Shown here: positions 43,583-53,457 of the stretch, one piece after another
Position numbering within the stretch: the stretch's first letter is position 1
Layout: the number at the start of each line of letters is the position of its first letter
NCBI GenBank assembly: GCA_963833985.1
Contig: CAWIAD010000001.1
Coordinates: 2,848,001 to 2,912,000, forward strand
DNA from: an uncultured Planctomycetaceae bacterium
Lineage (GTDB): Bacteria > Planctomycetota > Planctomycetia > Isosphaerales > Isosphaeraceae
Length of the DNA stretch: 64,000 nt
Direction of reading: 5' to 3'
Notes under the pieces: model-generated
Told to the model about the DNA's origin: nothing
The model's input: the letters and a program-made list of their open reading frames with translations, nothing else
The model's database searches: none
Made by a program: the position numbers and the translations under genes

Positions 43583-44887
43583 ATGCGCCTCTTCGACCTG
43601 ATCGCCGTCTTCACCGTGATCGCGGCGCTCCTGAGCTACATCAATCTGCGGCTGCTCCGTCTTCCCATGACCATCGGCCTCATGGCCCTGGCCCTGATGC
43701 TTGCCCTCTCACTCTTCGCCCTGGAACAGGTCGTTCCGGCGCTGACCGGCGAGGTCCGGGCCCTGGTGAAGCTCTTCGATTTCGACCAGGCGCTCTTGCA
43801 TGGCATGCTGGGATTCCTGCTGTTCGCCGGCGCACTGCACGTCGACCTCGAGGACCTGATGGTGCAAAGGTGGCCGATCGCCATCCTGGCCACGGTCGGA
43901 GTCCTGACCTCGACCCTGATCATCGGCGTGCTGATGTATGGACTTCTCGGCTGGCTTGGCCTGCCCCTCCGCTTCATCGACTGCCTGCTCTTCGGGGCCC
44001 TGATCTCGCCCACCGACCCGGTGGCCGTGCTCAGCCTGCTGAAGCAGATCGGGGCCCCGAAAGCGCTCGATGTGCAGATTGCCGGCGAGTCTCTGTTCAA
44101 CGACGGCGTGGGGGTCGTGCTCTTCATCGGGCTGCTGGAAGTCGCCACGGGACACGTCCCCTTCGATGTCCGCCATCTCGCGCGTCTGTTCCTGCAAGAA
44201 GCGGTTGGAGGTGCGCTTCTTGGCCTGGCCGCGGGTTACCTGGCCTACCGGATGATCAGGTCCGTCGATCATTATCAGGTCGAAATCCTGCTCTCCCTGG
44301 CGCTCGTCTTCGGCGGCTATTCTCTGGCCGAGAGGCTGCATCTTTCCGCGCCCATCGCCATGGTTCTCGCCGGGCTCCTGATCGGCAACCACGGCCGCCG
44401 CCTTGGCATGTCGAGCACCACCATTGAACACCTCGACCTGTTCTGGGAACTGATCGACGAGTCCCTCAACGCGGTGCTGTTCGTGGCGATCGGCCTGGAA
44501 TTGCTGGTGGTCACTCTGTCTCCGAGCTATCTGGTCGCGGGAGCCTTTGCCATCGTGATCGTTCTGACCGGACGATTCGTCTCCATCGGCTTACCGGTGT
44601 GGCTGTTTCGCCGCTCGGAACGATTCGATCCCTCGATGATTGGAATCCTCACGTGGGGCGGTCTGCGCGGGGGCATCTCGGTGGCCCTGGCGCTGTCAAT
44701 TCCCGCCATGAGTTCAGCCGGCGTGGTCGCCAGCCGCGACGTGCTCCTGGCCACGACCTACGTGGTCGTGGTCTTCTCGATACTGGTTCAGGGCCTGACC
44801 TTCGGCCCGCTCACCCGGCGCTGGGTCGCGCGCGTCGCAGCCAGGGCGGCCATAAGCCCATCCGTCCCCCTGGAGGAACGTCCCTGA
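43583..44887 (+). CDS. CPA1 Na+/H+ antiporter (NhaP-like)
   Basis: ISPTDPVAV, GESLFNDG, WGGLRGGISVALAL. Confidence 0.92.
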   Translation: MRLFDLIAVFTVIAALLSYINLRLLRLPMTIGLMALALMLALSLFALEQVVPALTGEVRALVKLFDFDQALLHGMLGFLLFAGALHVDLEDLMVQRWPIAILATVGVLTSTLIIGVLMYGLLGWLGLPLRFIDCLLFGALISPTDPVAVLSLLKQIGAPKALDVQIAGESLFNDGVGVVLFIGLLEVATGHVPFDVRHLARLFLQEAVGGALLGLAAGYLAYRMIRSVDHYQVEILLSLALVFGGYSLAERLHLSAPIAMVLAGLLIGNHGRRLGMSSTTIEHLDLFWELIDESLNAVLFVAIGLELLVVTLSPSYLVAGAFAIVIVLTGRFVSIGLPVWLFRRSERFDPSMIGILTWGGLRGGISVALALSIPAMSSAGVVASRDVLLATTYVVVVFSILVQGLTFGPLTRRWVARVAARAAISPSVPLEERP

Positions 44888-45340
44888 AGGCGAAAGCCCG
44901 GCGCGAGTCCGGCACGTTCCCGTTCTCATGAGTGCGGGACACCGGCGCGATCTGAGGCAACCTCGAGGGCGTCGAGCCGTCTTCCGCTGGCGAGCCTGAG
45001 CCGTTGACTCTCGAGCCTTTCGCGTAGGACAGGATTCCATTCTTGTCTCTTCAAACACCTCCATGACGCCCGGGCCGATCCTGCACCACCGGCGGATAGC
45101 CGGCGTAGGGAACCAGCCCCAGGGCGCCGGCCCACTCTCGCTCCGGGACCCGATCGTCGTCCCGAATGGCGGCACTGTGGTAAGGTTCTCGCTCCTGGCT
45201 CAGCTGCGCCGCAAGCGTACCTCCGCCCGCAAGCACCAGCCGATCCAGCAGCTCCCTGCTCGAATCCTGTGACGGCTTGACCCGCTCGCAGGGCGTCCCT
45301 CGATTGTCTCAGCAACCGAATCCCATGCTCGCCCCCCTGA

Positions 45341-45701
45341 CCAGAAGCGCGTCGAACTGGCACGGGGATTGGCCGCCCCGTAGGGTGGGTCGAGCGTCCC
45401 CGCGAGGCCCACCATTCGTGGAACCGGGGCCAGAAGCGCGTAAAACTGGCCCGGGGATTGGCCGCCCCGTAGGGTGGGTCGAGCGTCCCCGCGAGGCCCA
45501 CCTTTCCTGGAACCGTGGCCGGAAGCCCCTCGAACTGGCCCGGGGATTGGCCGCCCGGTAGGGTGGGTCGAGCGTCCCCGCGAGGCCCACCTTTCGTGGA
45601 ACCGTGGTCGGAAGCCCCTCGAACTGGCCCGGGGATTGGCCGCCCGGTAGGGTGGGTCGAGCGTCCCCGCGAGGCCCACCTTTCGTGGAACCGTGGTCGG
45701 A
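45341..45701 (+). repeat. Tandem array of four 89-bp units, each carrying a GTAG REP
   Basis: Units start at 45341, 45430, 45519 and 45608; core GTAGGGTGGGTCGAGCGTCCCCGCGAGGCCCACC. Confidence 0.95.
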
Positions 45702-45787
45702 TAGTTCTCGCGGTCATCCATGAACCTGAAATGACAGGCGACGAAGGGCTCGCCACGTGATCTCGTCATCTGCCTGGTACAGGGTGA

Positions 45788-45966
45788 GTGACCACGTCGT
45801 TCGGACGTGCGCGGCCTCCACTTCCGCCCAGGTCGGCGCCCGCGTACGTGAGCACGATGCTCGGATGGGCGATCCCGCCAGGCAGATACGCGTGACCACG
45901 TGCGTGAGCACGTGGTTCGGACGGGCGCAGCCTCCAACCTCGGCCGTGAGGCCGACCAGCACCTGA
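45788..45966 (-). repeat. Repeat family A, inverted copies downstream of the HUH transposase
   Basis: Reverse complement TCAGGTGCTGGTCGGCCTCACGGCCGAGGTTGGAGGCTGCGCCCGTCCGAACCACG matches 1584-1639. Confidence 0.85.
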
Positions 45967-46888
45967 GAGGGAGTTCGGAAACTTGGGTGGGCTGGACAGA
46001 TTTTCTGAATTGAGCAGAATCTTCTCAGGGGAAGGGTAGTCATCGAACAAGGGCGGAGCCCGATCATGGACGAGCGCACGGCGCGGAAGGCGTATGAGAG
46101 CGATCTTACTGACGAAGAGTGGAGGATTGTCGAACCGCTCCTTCCTGCAGGGAAGTTCGGCGGCCGGCCGCGCACCACAAACATCCGCGAGGTGCTCAAT
46201 GCGGTCTTCTACTTGTTGCGAACCGGATGCGCCTGGCGACTCTTGCCCCACGACTTTCCACCGGCGGGCACAGTCTACGATTACTTTCGAGCGTGGTCCC
46301 GTGACGGAACTCTCCAACGAGTTCACGACATTCTTCGTCGACGGGTTCGTGTTGCAGCGGGCCGAAACGAGGAGCCCAGCGCGGCGTGCATTGACAGCCA
46401 ATCGGCAAAGACAAACGAGCAAGGGGGGATCGATGGATACGATGCCGGGAAGAAGATCATGGGGCGCAAGCGTCACATCCTGGTGGACACCATGGGGCTG
46501 ATTCTGGCTGTGGTCGTTCATTCGGCAGGTATCCAGGATCGGGACGGGGCGAAGGCAGTTTTCGATGCGATCAGGAACGACCTGCCACGGCTGCAGTTGG
46601 TCTGGGCCGACGGCGGCTACGCAGGCAAATTGGTGGAGTGGGTCAAGAGCGAGTGTGGTTGGGTCCTGGAGATCGTGAAACGAACGGACGACGTCAAGGG
46701 TTTTAAGCTCCTGCCCCACCGCTGGGTCGTGGAGCGAACCTTCGCCTGGTTGGGACGGTTTCGCCGAATGAGCAAGGATTATGAGTTCCATCCAGAAACG
46801 TCAGCGTCAATGATTCATCTTGCTATGATCAACATTATGGTGCGTCGGCTTGCTGCTGCCTAAACCGCGCAACTTTCCAAACTCCCTC
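45967..46888 (+). mobile_element. IS5-family (IS1031-like) insertion sequence, copy 2, 922 bp
   Basis: Same TIRs as copy 1; TGA target duplication at 45964-45966 and 46889-46891; about 4 substitutions seen vs copy 1. Confidence 0.95.
46066..46863 (+). CDS. IS5-family DDE transposase
   Basis: Identical to the 2832..3629 product except T6A. Confidence 0.95.
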   Translation: MDERTARKAYESDLTDEEWRIVEPLLPAGKFGGRPRTTNIREVLNAVFYLLRTGCAWRLLPHDFPPAGTVYDYFRAWSRDGTLQRVHDILRRRVRVAAGRNEEPSAACIDSQSAKTNEQGGIDGYDAGKKIMGRKRHILVDTMGLILAVVVHSAGIQDRDGAKAVFDAIRNDLPRLQLVWADGGYAGKLVEWVKSECGWVLEIVKRTDDVKGFKLLPHRWVVERTFAWLGRFRRMSKDYEFHPETSASMIHLAMINIMVRRLAAA

Positions 46889-46921
46889 TGAGACCAACAC
46901 GCCGCGCATCTCGCCGCGGCT

Positions 46922-47956
46922 TCACCGTGCAGGGCAGCCGCCCAGGTTCGCCAGGTGATGCCGGCCCAGCCGACCGGCCACGTCCCGCAGCCGTTCCCGG
47001 CTGGCGGCGAAGAACCGTCCCAGCAGCCGCCCACCCGCCAGCTTCAGCAGCCGTGCCTGCCAGCTCTCGGCGTTGCTCCCCAGCCGCTCCAATATCCCGG
47101 CCAGCTCCGCCGAGATCGCCGCCTTCCCTTCGCGGAGTAGTCGTCCCGTATAGTCCACCAGCAGCAGATAGCTGCCTAGCGAGAACCCGTCGACCATCCC
47201 TTCCCGCGCTGAGTCGAGCCGCCGGCGGTCCTCGATCGGACAGAGCCAGAGCTGCTCTTCCAGCCCGCTCGCCGCCTTCGACCCCGCCACACTGCCGACC
47301 TCGGCGGCCTTCAGATCCTCGGCGCGCTCCTGTTCCTGCACGTGCTCGACCCGCTGCTTGATCGACGTGTGCGGGCTGGCCTCCGGAACCTTGGCCATAC
47401 CCGCGGCCACCGGGTTCAGATCGATGTAGGCACAGGTCGCCAGCAGTGATTCCTCGTCCAGGATTGCCACGCTCTGGAACCGCCCCTCGAAGAATGCCCC
47501 GCGGGTGTTCTCCTCGCGGTTGGCCATCCGCGACAGCGGCTCCTTCAGGCACTTCATGAACCAGCTCAGGCTTTGCAGCCGCTGGCGAGCCATCGCCACC
47601 CACTTGGCGTCTTTCAGCCGTTCCGTGACCCACGCCTCCGAGACCGGCAATGCCTTTCGCGCCCTGTCGCGGGGCGGGAAGAGCCTCCCCCAGCGCCGCA
47701 CGACCTCTTCATTCGCCCACCCCGCCGCCACATCCGGGTCGAGCCGCACCAGCAGATGCAGATGGTTATCGAGGATCGCAAACCCGCCCACGGCCACGGA
47801 GAAGATCTCCGCAAGTTCCCGCAACCGCCGTTCGATCCATTCCTTGCGGTCGATCCCGCCCTCCCCCAGCAGAAACGCCCGCCGTACGCACCGCGTGATG
47901 CAGTGATACCAGCGGGTGACTGACGGATCAACCAGATGCGCACGCGCGATCGTCAT
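46922..47956 (-). CDS. RAYT-like Y1 HUH transposase/endonuclease
   Basis: YHCITRCVRRAFL, NHLHLL (HUH), FFEGRFQS, YIDLNP (catalytic Tyr); AGGAG SD. Confidence 0.85.
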   Translation of the reverse strand: MTIARAHLVDPSVTRWYHCITRCVRRAFLLGEGGIDRKEWIERRLRELAEIFSVAVGGFAILDNHLHLLVRLDPDVAAGWANEEVVRRWGRLFPPRDRARKALPVSEAWVTERLKDAKWVAMARQRLQSLSWFMKCLKEPLSRMANREENTRGAFFEGRFQSVAILDEESLLATCAYIDLNPVAAGMAKVPEASPHTSIKQRVEHVQEQERAEDLKAAEVGSVAGSKAASGLEEQLWLCPIEDRRRLDSAREGMVDGFSLGSYLLLVDYTGRLLREGKAAISAELAGILERLGSNAESWQARLLKLAGGRLLGRFFAASRERLRDVAGRLGRHHLANLGGCPAR

Positions 47957-48020
47957 GGCCTTTTCTCCTGGCAAGATCCGCACAACCTACCAGATCCACC
48001 CGGCCAGGGGAAGCCTGCAT

Positions 48021-48115
48021 TGCATGTCCTTTTTTCCTCTTTTTCTTTGCATGTCCTTTTTCTCTCTTTTTCTCTTTCTCTTCTCTTTCTCTTTCCTTTT
48101 TCTCTTGTCCTTTTT
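48021..48115. repeat. Pyrimidine-rich stutter array anchored on TGCATGTCCT
   Basis: TGCATGTCCTTTTT at 48021 and 48048; TGTCCTTTTT near 48106; T/C runs in between. Confidence 0.9.
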
Positions 48116-48148
48116 ACAACCTCTCCCCGCTGACGAGGAATCCCGGAC

Positions 48149-48177
48149 TTGAACTATCCTACTGAGTAGGATAGGAT
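48149..48177 (+). promoter_or_regulatory. Putative promoter (TTGAAC-N17-TAGGAT) with an overlapping palindromic operator
   Basis: Perfect inverted repeat CTATCCTAC-TGA-GTAGGATAG at 48154-48174; toxin ATG at 48187. Confidence 0.65.
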
Positions 48178-48186
48178 TGGCCTTCG

Positions 48187-48552
48187 ATGAAAGCCCTCTT
48201 CATCGAGTCGAGCGAGTTCACGGAGTGGGTCAAGGCATACCTGACCGACGAGGCGCTCTCGGCGCTGCAACGTGACCTCATGAACGACCCCGAGATCGGC
48301 GCTGTGATGCTGGGCTGCGGCGGCTTGCGGAAGGTCCGCATCGCCGACCCCAGCCGGGGCAAGGGTAAGCGGGGCGGGGCTCGTGTGATCTACCTGCACG
48401 TCCCGGATGCCAACGTTTTCTACTTCATCACCGTGTACGGCAAGAACCAGAAGGACGACCTGTCGCCCGGCGACAAGAGGCTGTATCGGCAACTCGCAGC
48501 GATCTTGAAGCAGCAGGCACATCCCGACAACGAGCCGGGAGGGGGAGCATGA
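48187..48552 (+). CDS. RelE/HigB-type toxin
   Basis: FIESSEF, GCGGLRKVR, GKGKRGGARVIY, VYGKNQKDDLS. Confidence 0.9.
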   Translation: MKALFIESSEFTEWVKAYLTDEALSALQRDLMNDPEIGAVMLGCGGLRKVRIADPSRGKGKRGGARVIYLHVPDANVFYFITVYGKNQKDDLSPGDKRLYRQLAAILKQQAHPDNEPGGGA

Positions 48553-48998
48553 AGGACACATCGAAGCGTCTGCCGGTCGCCGAGCAGATCCGCAAGGGGC
48601 TGGAAGAAGCGATCCGGCATGCCAGTGGCGAGATCACTCTGAAGACCACCGTTGTCGAACTGCCGGATGAGCCACCTGAGATCGACGCCCCGACTCTGGC
48701 GGCGATCCGGGACCAGTCGAGGATGTCTCAGGCCGTCTTCGCCCGGCTGCTCAACGTCTCGACCAAGACCGTGCAAAGCTGGGAACAGGGTCTCCGAACC
48801 CCCTCGCACGCCTCTCGACGACTGATCCAGATCTACAGCCAGCACCCCGAGACCGTCTGCCAGAGCGTCGGGTTGCCCCCGATTAAGCTCCAAGGCGTCA
48901 CGATCGAGGAGGTGGCGTCGGGTCACCGCAGGATCGTGGTTCAGTGCGCTGGGAACCCAAAGAAAGTGAAAGTCCCCCGGTCTCCTACCACCCGCTGA
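48549..48998 (+). CDS. HigA-like XRE/HTH antitoxin
   Basis: MSQAVFARLLNVSTKTVQSWEQGLRTP; ATGA overlap. Confidence 0.88.
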   Translation: MKDTSKRLPVAEQIRKGLEEAIRHASGEITLKTTVVELPDEPPEIDAPTLAAIRDQSRMSQAVFARLLNVSTKTVQSWEQGLRTPSHASRRLIQIYSQHPETVCQSVGLPPIKLQGVTIEEVASGHRRIVVQCAGNPKKVKVPRSPTTR

Positions 48999-49526
48999 GA
49001 CAGGCGACGACCAAGTTGGCCCGACAGCACCATGCGGCCGTCTCCCTCCCACCGAGGGATGAGCTATGACTCCTCGGTTCCCAAGGTTCGGTTGCTGGAA
49101 TCTCTCCAATGGTGTCCTAGCCAGACTCCAATGGGGCGATGTAGTTCGTTTGCGACTGAGCTAAGCAGGGAGTTCCATGAACACACAGGGAATTGTGGGC
49201 GTCCTCGGCTGCCTCTTGAACCGTGAGACGGGGACGGAGGAGGACACACGCGTTTTCGTGGGAGTTAAGCATGAGGAATTGGTGCGCAAGCTAATCAATT
49301 ATCCTAAAGGTGGTAGCGGGTGGCGGAGGGGAAGGCGGAAAAACGCAGGCGCTCTATCGGGGACGAAAGTCCGGTAACTCTGGATGGGTTTTTCGCCGCA
49401 GACGCCTGAGAGACAAGGACTTAGGAGTGCCACACCGCCGGCAACTCTGCACGTGCCGAGATCAACTTTTAATTCTTTCGGCCTTCCCCGTCTCTATAAA
49501 TCCTTTGGTATCAAAGACTTGTATAG

Positions 49527-49600
49527 TGGGCGATAGAGGACTTGAACCTCTGACCTCCTGCGTGTCGAGCAGGCGCTCTAGCCAGCTGAGCTAATCGCCC
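49527..49600 (-). tRNA. tRNA-Val(GAC), CCA not encoded
   Basis: GGGCGATTAGCTCAGCTGGCTAGAGCG-CCTGC-TCGACAC-GCAGG-AGGTCAGAGGTTCAAGTCCTCTATCGCCCA cloverleaf. Confidence 0.97.
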
Positions 49601-49697
49601 TCAATGGTTCCTTTATAAGTGACCGGTTCGGGGGCGGTCAAGATGAGCGCGGATGCGGGGGCGAGCCGGCTCGCGCTGCTCTGCGCCCAGTTCGGCC

Positions 49698-50258
49698 TCA
49701 GATCTCCATGATCTCCGCGGATTTCTTTTCGCCCAGCTCGTTGACCTTGGCCTCGAACTTCTTGGTCAGCGACTGGATCTCCTCCTTGCAGGTCTCCAGG
49801 TCGTCCTCGGTGAGGATCTTGTCGGACTGCTCCACCTCGGCCTGCTTGTTGGCATCGCGGCGAATGTTGCGGATCGCCACGCGGGCCTCCTCGGCAAGGT
49901 CCTTCACCCGGTTGGTCAGCTTCTTGCGCTGCTCGACCGACAGTGGCGGAACGTTCAGGCGGACCACCTTGCCATCGGAGTTCGGGGTCAGACCCAGGTC
50001 GCTGGTCTGGATCGCCCTGACGATGTCGCCGACCACGGACGGATCGAACGGACGGATCAGGATTTGCTGCGGCTCGGGCGTGCTCAGGTTGGCCAGTTGC
50101 TTCAGCGGCGTGGAGGAGCCGTAGTAGTCGACACGGATCGAGTCCACGAGGCCCGTGTTGGCCCGGCCGGTGCGGACTCCGCGGAGCTGGTCGGTGAGCA
50201 GCGTGACACTCTTTTCCATGCGATCTTCGGCTTCCAGGGCGATCTCTTCGATGCTCAT
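49698..50258 (-). CDS. frr: Ribosome recycling factor
   Basis: VRTGRAN, VDYYG, ARVAIRNIRRDAN. Confidence 0.97.
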   Translation of the reverse strand: MSIEEIALEAEDRMEKSVTLLTDQLRGVRTGRANTGLVDSIRVDYYGSSTPLKQLANLSTPEPQQILIRPFDPSVVGDIVRAIQTSDLGLTPNSDGKVVRLNVPPLSVEQRKKLTNRVKDLAEEARVAIRNIRRDANKQAEVEQSDKILTEDDLETCKEEIQSLTKKFEAKVNELGEKKSAEIMEI

Positions 50259-50446
50259 CGGATGCATCCTCTGCTGGAATGGTCGAGCGGTCGGACCAGG
50301 CAAGGGCTGGCGCCGGATCGTTCCGCCCCGCGACCGCCCGGCCCAGATATCGTATCACGACCGCACGAGGCCGCGACAGACGCCAAGCTCGAAGAACGCG
50401 ACGGCCGCCCAGGGTCTTGCACCTGCGACAGCCAGGCAGGCGGATC

Positions 50447-51220
50447 TCAGCATGTGGCCGCCTGGACGCGCGGCCGGGAGGCGTGGCTCACCCACGTACC
50501 GATGTTCTCGCCCATGACGGCGCGCTCGATGTTGCCTTCCTTCTTGAAGTTGAAGACGAGGATCGGCAGGTTGTGTTCCATGCACATGCCGATGGCCGTC
50601 ATGTCCATCACCTTGAGCTGGTCGCGCATCACCTGCTCGAACCCGAGGTGCGGGTAGAGCACCGCGTGCGGGTTCTTCTCCGGGTCTGCTGAATAGACGC
50701 CGTCCACCCGCGTGGCCTTGAGCAGCACGTCCACGCCGAGCTCCTTGCCCCGCAGCGCGGCCGCCGTGTCGGTGGTCACGAACGGGCTGCCCGTACCGCT
50801 GGCCAGGATGATCACGCGGCCGCGTTCCAGGTGGGAAAGGGCGCGGCGGCGGATGAACGGCTCGGCGACCTCCTCCATGCGGATGGTGGTCATGAGCCTT
50901 GTCTGGCATCCCATGCTCTCGAGCGCGTCCTGGAGTGCCAGGCCGTTGATGACGGTGGCCGTCATGCCCATGTAGTGGGCCGTCGCTTCCTTGATGACGT
51001 CCGAGCCGCGGCTGAGCTGGGCGCCTCGAAGGATGTTCCCCCCACCCACGACGATGGCCAGTTGCACTCCCAGCGATGCCACGCGGGACGCCTGGCGGGC
51101 GATGCGGCTGACCTCATCGACGCTGATGCCGCCCTCGCCGGGCCGGCAAAAGCTTTCGCCCGAAAGCTTCAGCAAGACGCGCCGGAATGCCGGGCCGCCG
51201 TCGATCACGTTGCCATCCAT
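50447..51220 (-). CDS. pyrH: UMP kinase
   Basis: [36 protein letters not shown]. Confidence 0.97.
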   Translation of the reverse strand: MDGNVIDGGPAFRRVLLKLSGESFCRPGEGGISVDEVSRIARQASRVASLGVQLAIVVGGGNILRGAQLSRGSDVIKEATAHYMGMTATVINGLALQDALESMGCQTRLMTTIRMEEVAEPFIRRRALSHLERGRVIILASGTGSPFVTTDTAAALRGKELGVDVLLKATRVDGVYSADPEKNPHAVLYPHLGFEQVMRDQLKVMDMTAIGMCMEHNLPILVFNFKKEGNIERAVMGENIGTWVSHASRPRVQAATC

Positions 51221-51407
51221 CGAGAATCCTCGGAACAGAGTGAGGTGCAGAGAGAACCAGCGGCCCGCAGAATGGCGGATCTCGGCCGGCGCCGGGCCAC
51301 TGAGGGACGGATCACGACCGGCACACGACGCATGAGCAACGCCTCATGCCGGCCGCCATGCCCCGCGTGCCAGTGGACCCGCCCCGAGGGAAACGTGCCG
51401 GACGAGA

Positions 51408-52004
51408 CTAGCGTCCCTCGCCCACGATGAACCGGGCAAAGCGCGCCACCGAGATATTCTCGCCGGTGCGGGCGTTCACCGCCAGAATCACGTCGCGTAC
51501 CGATCTGGTCTCATCCTTCACGAACTTCTGATCCATGAGCACGGATTCGGCGAACCAGGCGTCGACCTTGCCCTGGGCGATCTTCTCCTGGATGTTCGCC
51601 GGCTTGTCGGCGACCTGGCTCATGAAGATGCGCTTCTGCTCGGCGACGACGTCCTCCGGCACGTCCTCCCGCTTCACGTAGGCAGGATTGGAGGCCATGA
51701 TGTGCAGGGCCAGGTCCCTGGCAAGCTGCTTGAACTCGTCGTTGCGAGCGACGAAATCGGTCTCGCAATTGAGCTCGATGAGCACGCCCGACTTGGCGTC
51801 GTGATGGATATAGACGTCGACCCGGCCGGCCCTGGCGGCGCGGCCGGCGCGGAGCTCGGCCTGCTTCATCCCCCGCTCCTTGGCCAGGGTTTCCGCCTTC
51901 TTCAGGTCACCCTCGGCTTCCTGGAGGAGCTTCTTGCACTCCATCAGTCCAAGTCCGGTCTTCTTGCGAAACTCGTTCACCGCCTGAGCCGTGATCTCGG
52001 CCAT
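51408..52004 (-). CDS. tsf: Elongation factor Ts (short form)
   Basis: RKKTGLGLMECKK, ELNCETDFVARN, RFARF. Confidence 0.97.
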   Translation of the reverse strand: MAEITAQAVNEFRKKTGLGLMECKKLLQEAEGDLKKAETLAKERGMKQAELRAGRAARAGRVDVYIHHDAKSGVLIELNCETDFVARNDEFKQLARDLALHIMASNPAYVKREDVPEDVVAEQKRIFMSQVADKPANIQEKIAQGKVDAWFAESVLMDQKFVKDETRSVRDVILAVNARTGENISVARFARFIVGEGR

Positions 52005-52343
52005 CGGCATTTCTCCTCAAAAGCGTTCCTGCGCACTCGATTTCCAGATTCGCGCTACTGATCGACTTTCCATGCTTGGCTCGACGCTCGCCGGTGCGCG
52101 CCTCGCTCGGTGCACCGGCCCAGCCCGTCGCCTGAAGGTCCATGCGCGCCTCCAGGGCATTCCAGGGGGAAGCGTTCGATGTTGGCTCTGCCGCGCTGCC
52201 GGGTAGCGCCTCTGGCCGCGAGCCCGCCCCTCCGCCGTGGTTGCAACGTTTGCGGGATGGGTCCCATGCCGGCATGACGTCACGAGCGGTCAACTCCGCC
52301 GGGCCGTTCCCTTTGAAAGGGGCACCCAGCGGAGTACCCGGCT

Positions 52344-53300
52344 TCAACTGGACGCCGGCTCGGGGGCGGCAGGTTCGGGGCTGGCGGCGACCGGCTCGGG
52401 GCTCGGCTCGGCCGGGGCCGTTTCGACGGGGGCCTCGCCAGGCTGCACCGCCGCCTCACGGGCCGGTTCGGCAGCGTTCACCGCGGAACGCGCGGAGACC
52501 GACGCGGCCAGTCCACCGACCCGGGTGATCGATTCCGGGCGGCCGGGCATCCGCTTGGGACCGCGATCCCGATCGCGATCGCCCCGGGGTCCCGGTTCGG
52601 GTGCCACGGGTTCGGGTGGGGCGGACGCCTTGCCTTCGATGATCGCGTCGATCAGCCGCTTGATCAGCAGATCGATCGACCGCATGCTGTCGTCGTTGCC
52701 GGGGATGGGCAGGTCGATGAGGTCGGGATCGCAGTCGGTGTCGAGCAGGGCGACCACCTTCAGACCCAGCTTCCGGGCTTCGGCCACCGCGATGTGCTCG
52801 CGCCGCGGATCGATCACCATGAGCGCCTCGGGCAACCGCGTCATCGACCGGATGCCGCTCAGGTTGCGCTCGATCTTGCGGCGCTCGCGGGTGAGCGTCG
52901 AGATCATCTTCTTCGAGTAGCTCAGCCCTTGCTCGCCGTCGAGGATGGTTTCCAGCTCCTCGAGCCTTTGCAAGCGGCTGCGAATCGTCCGGAAGTTGGT
53001 GAGCGTGCCGCCGAGCCAGCGCTCGGTCACGTAAGGCATGCCCCCGCGCTTGCACTCCTCTTCCAGCGTCTCGGCGGCTTGCCGCTTCGTGCCGACGAAC
53101 AGGATGAGACCCCCGGAGGACGCGATCCGGTTGAAGAACTTGGTGGCCCGCAGCAGCCCCCGCACCGTCTCTTTGAGGTCGATGATGTGGATCAGGTTGC
53201 GTTTGCCGTAGATGTACGGCTTCATCTTGGGATTCCAGCGGCTGGCCCGGTGGCCGAAATGCACGCCGGCATCAATCAGTTCCTTGACGACAATCGCCAC
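52344..53300 (-). CDS. rpsB: 30S ribosomal protein S2 with a Pro/Ala/Glu-rich C-terminal extension
   Basis: GTG start after [33 protein letters not shown]. Confidence 0.97.
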   Translation of the reverse strand: MAIVVKELIDAGVHFGHRASRWNPKMKPYIYGKRNLIHIIDLKETVRGLLRATKFFNRIASSGGLILFVGTKRQAAETLEEECKRGGMPYVTERWLGGTLTNFRTIRSRLQRLEELETILDGEQGLSYSKKMISTLTRERRKIERNLSGIRSMTRLPEALMVIDPRREHIAVAEARKLGLKVVALLDTDCDPDLIDLPIPGNDDSMRSIDLLIKRLIDAIIEGKASAPPEPVAPEPGPRGDRDRDRGPKRMPGRPESITRVGGLAASVSARSAVNAAEPAREAAVQPGEAPVETAPAEPSPEPVAASPEPAAPEPASS

Positions 53301-53410
53301 GAAAAAACCTCCGCGCGTCTTCGAGAAGTTCCGGCTGAGATCCCCTGGCGATGGGCCCGGGGCAGCCTTGCTGAGGGTCGAAGTCTTCACCAGCAGCCAG
53401 TATTGGCCCT

Positions 53411-53439
53411 ACTTTATCGGTCCGGCGCCGCGGCGTCAA
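53411..53439 (-). promoter_or_regulatory. Putative sigma70 promoter of rpsB-tsf (TTGACG-N17-TAAAGT)
   Basis: Near-consensus boxes with 17-nt spacing, about 110 nt upstream of rpsB. Confidence 0.65.
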
Positions 53440-53457
53440 ACCCGCAGGCAGGCCGGC

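Noticed and set aside
44926..45330. Possible small gene between the antiporter and the REP array
   Set aside because: No consistent ORF with a start signal or recognisable motif.
45341..45701. CRISPR array
   Set aside because: The would-be spacers are near-identical, the repeat is a GTAG REP, and there are no cas genes in the window.
49234..49250. GGAGGAGGACACACG as a distal inverted TGTCC boundary of the TA cassette
   Set aside because: The match to GGACATGCA is only 5-6 nt and single-copy, so it could be chance.
51408..52004. Truncated EF-Ts
   Set aside because: Short ~200-aa EF-Ts forms are known in several bacterial phyla; both termini look intact.
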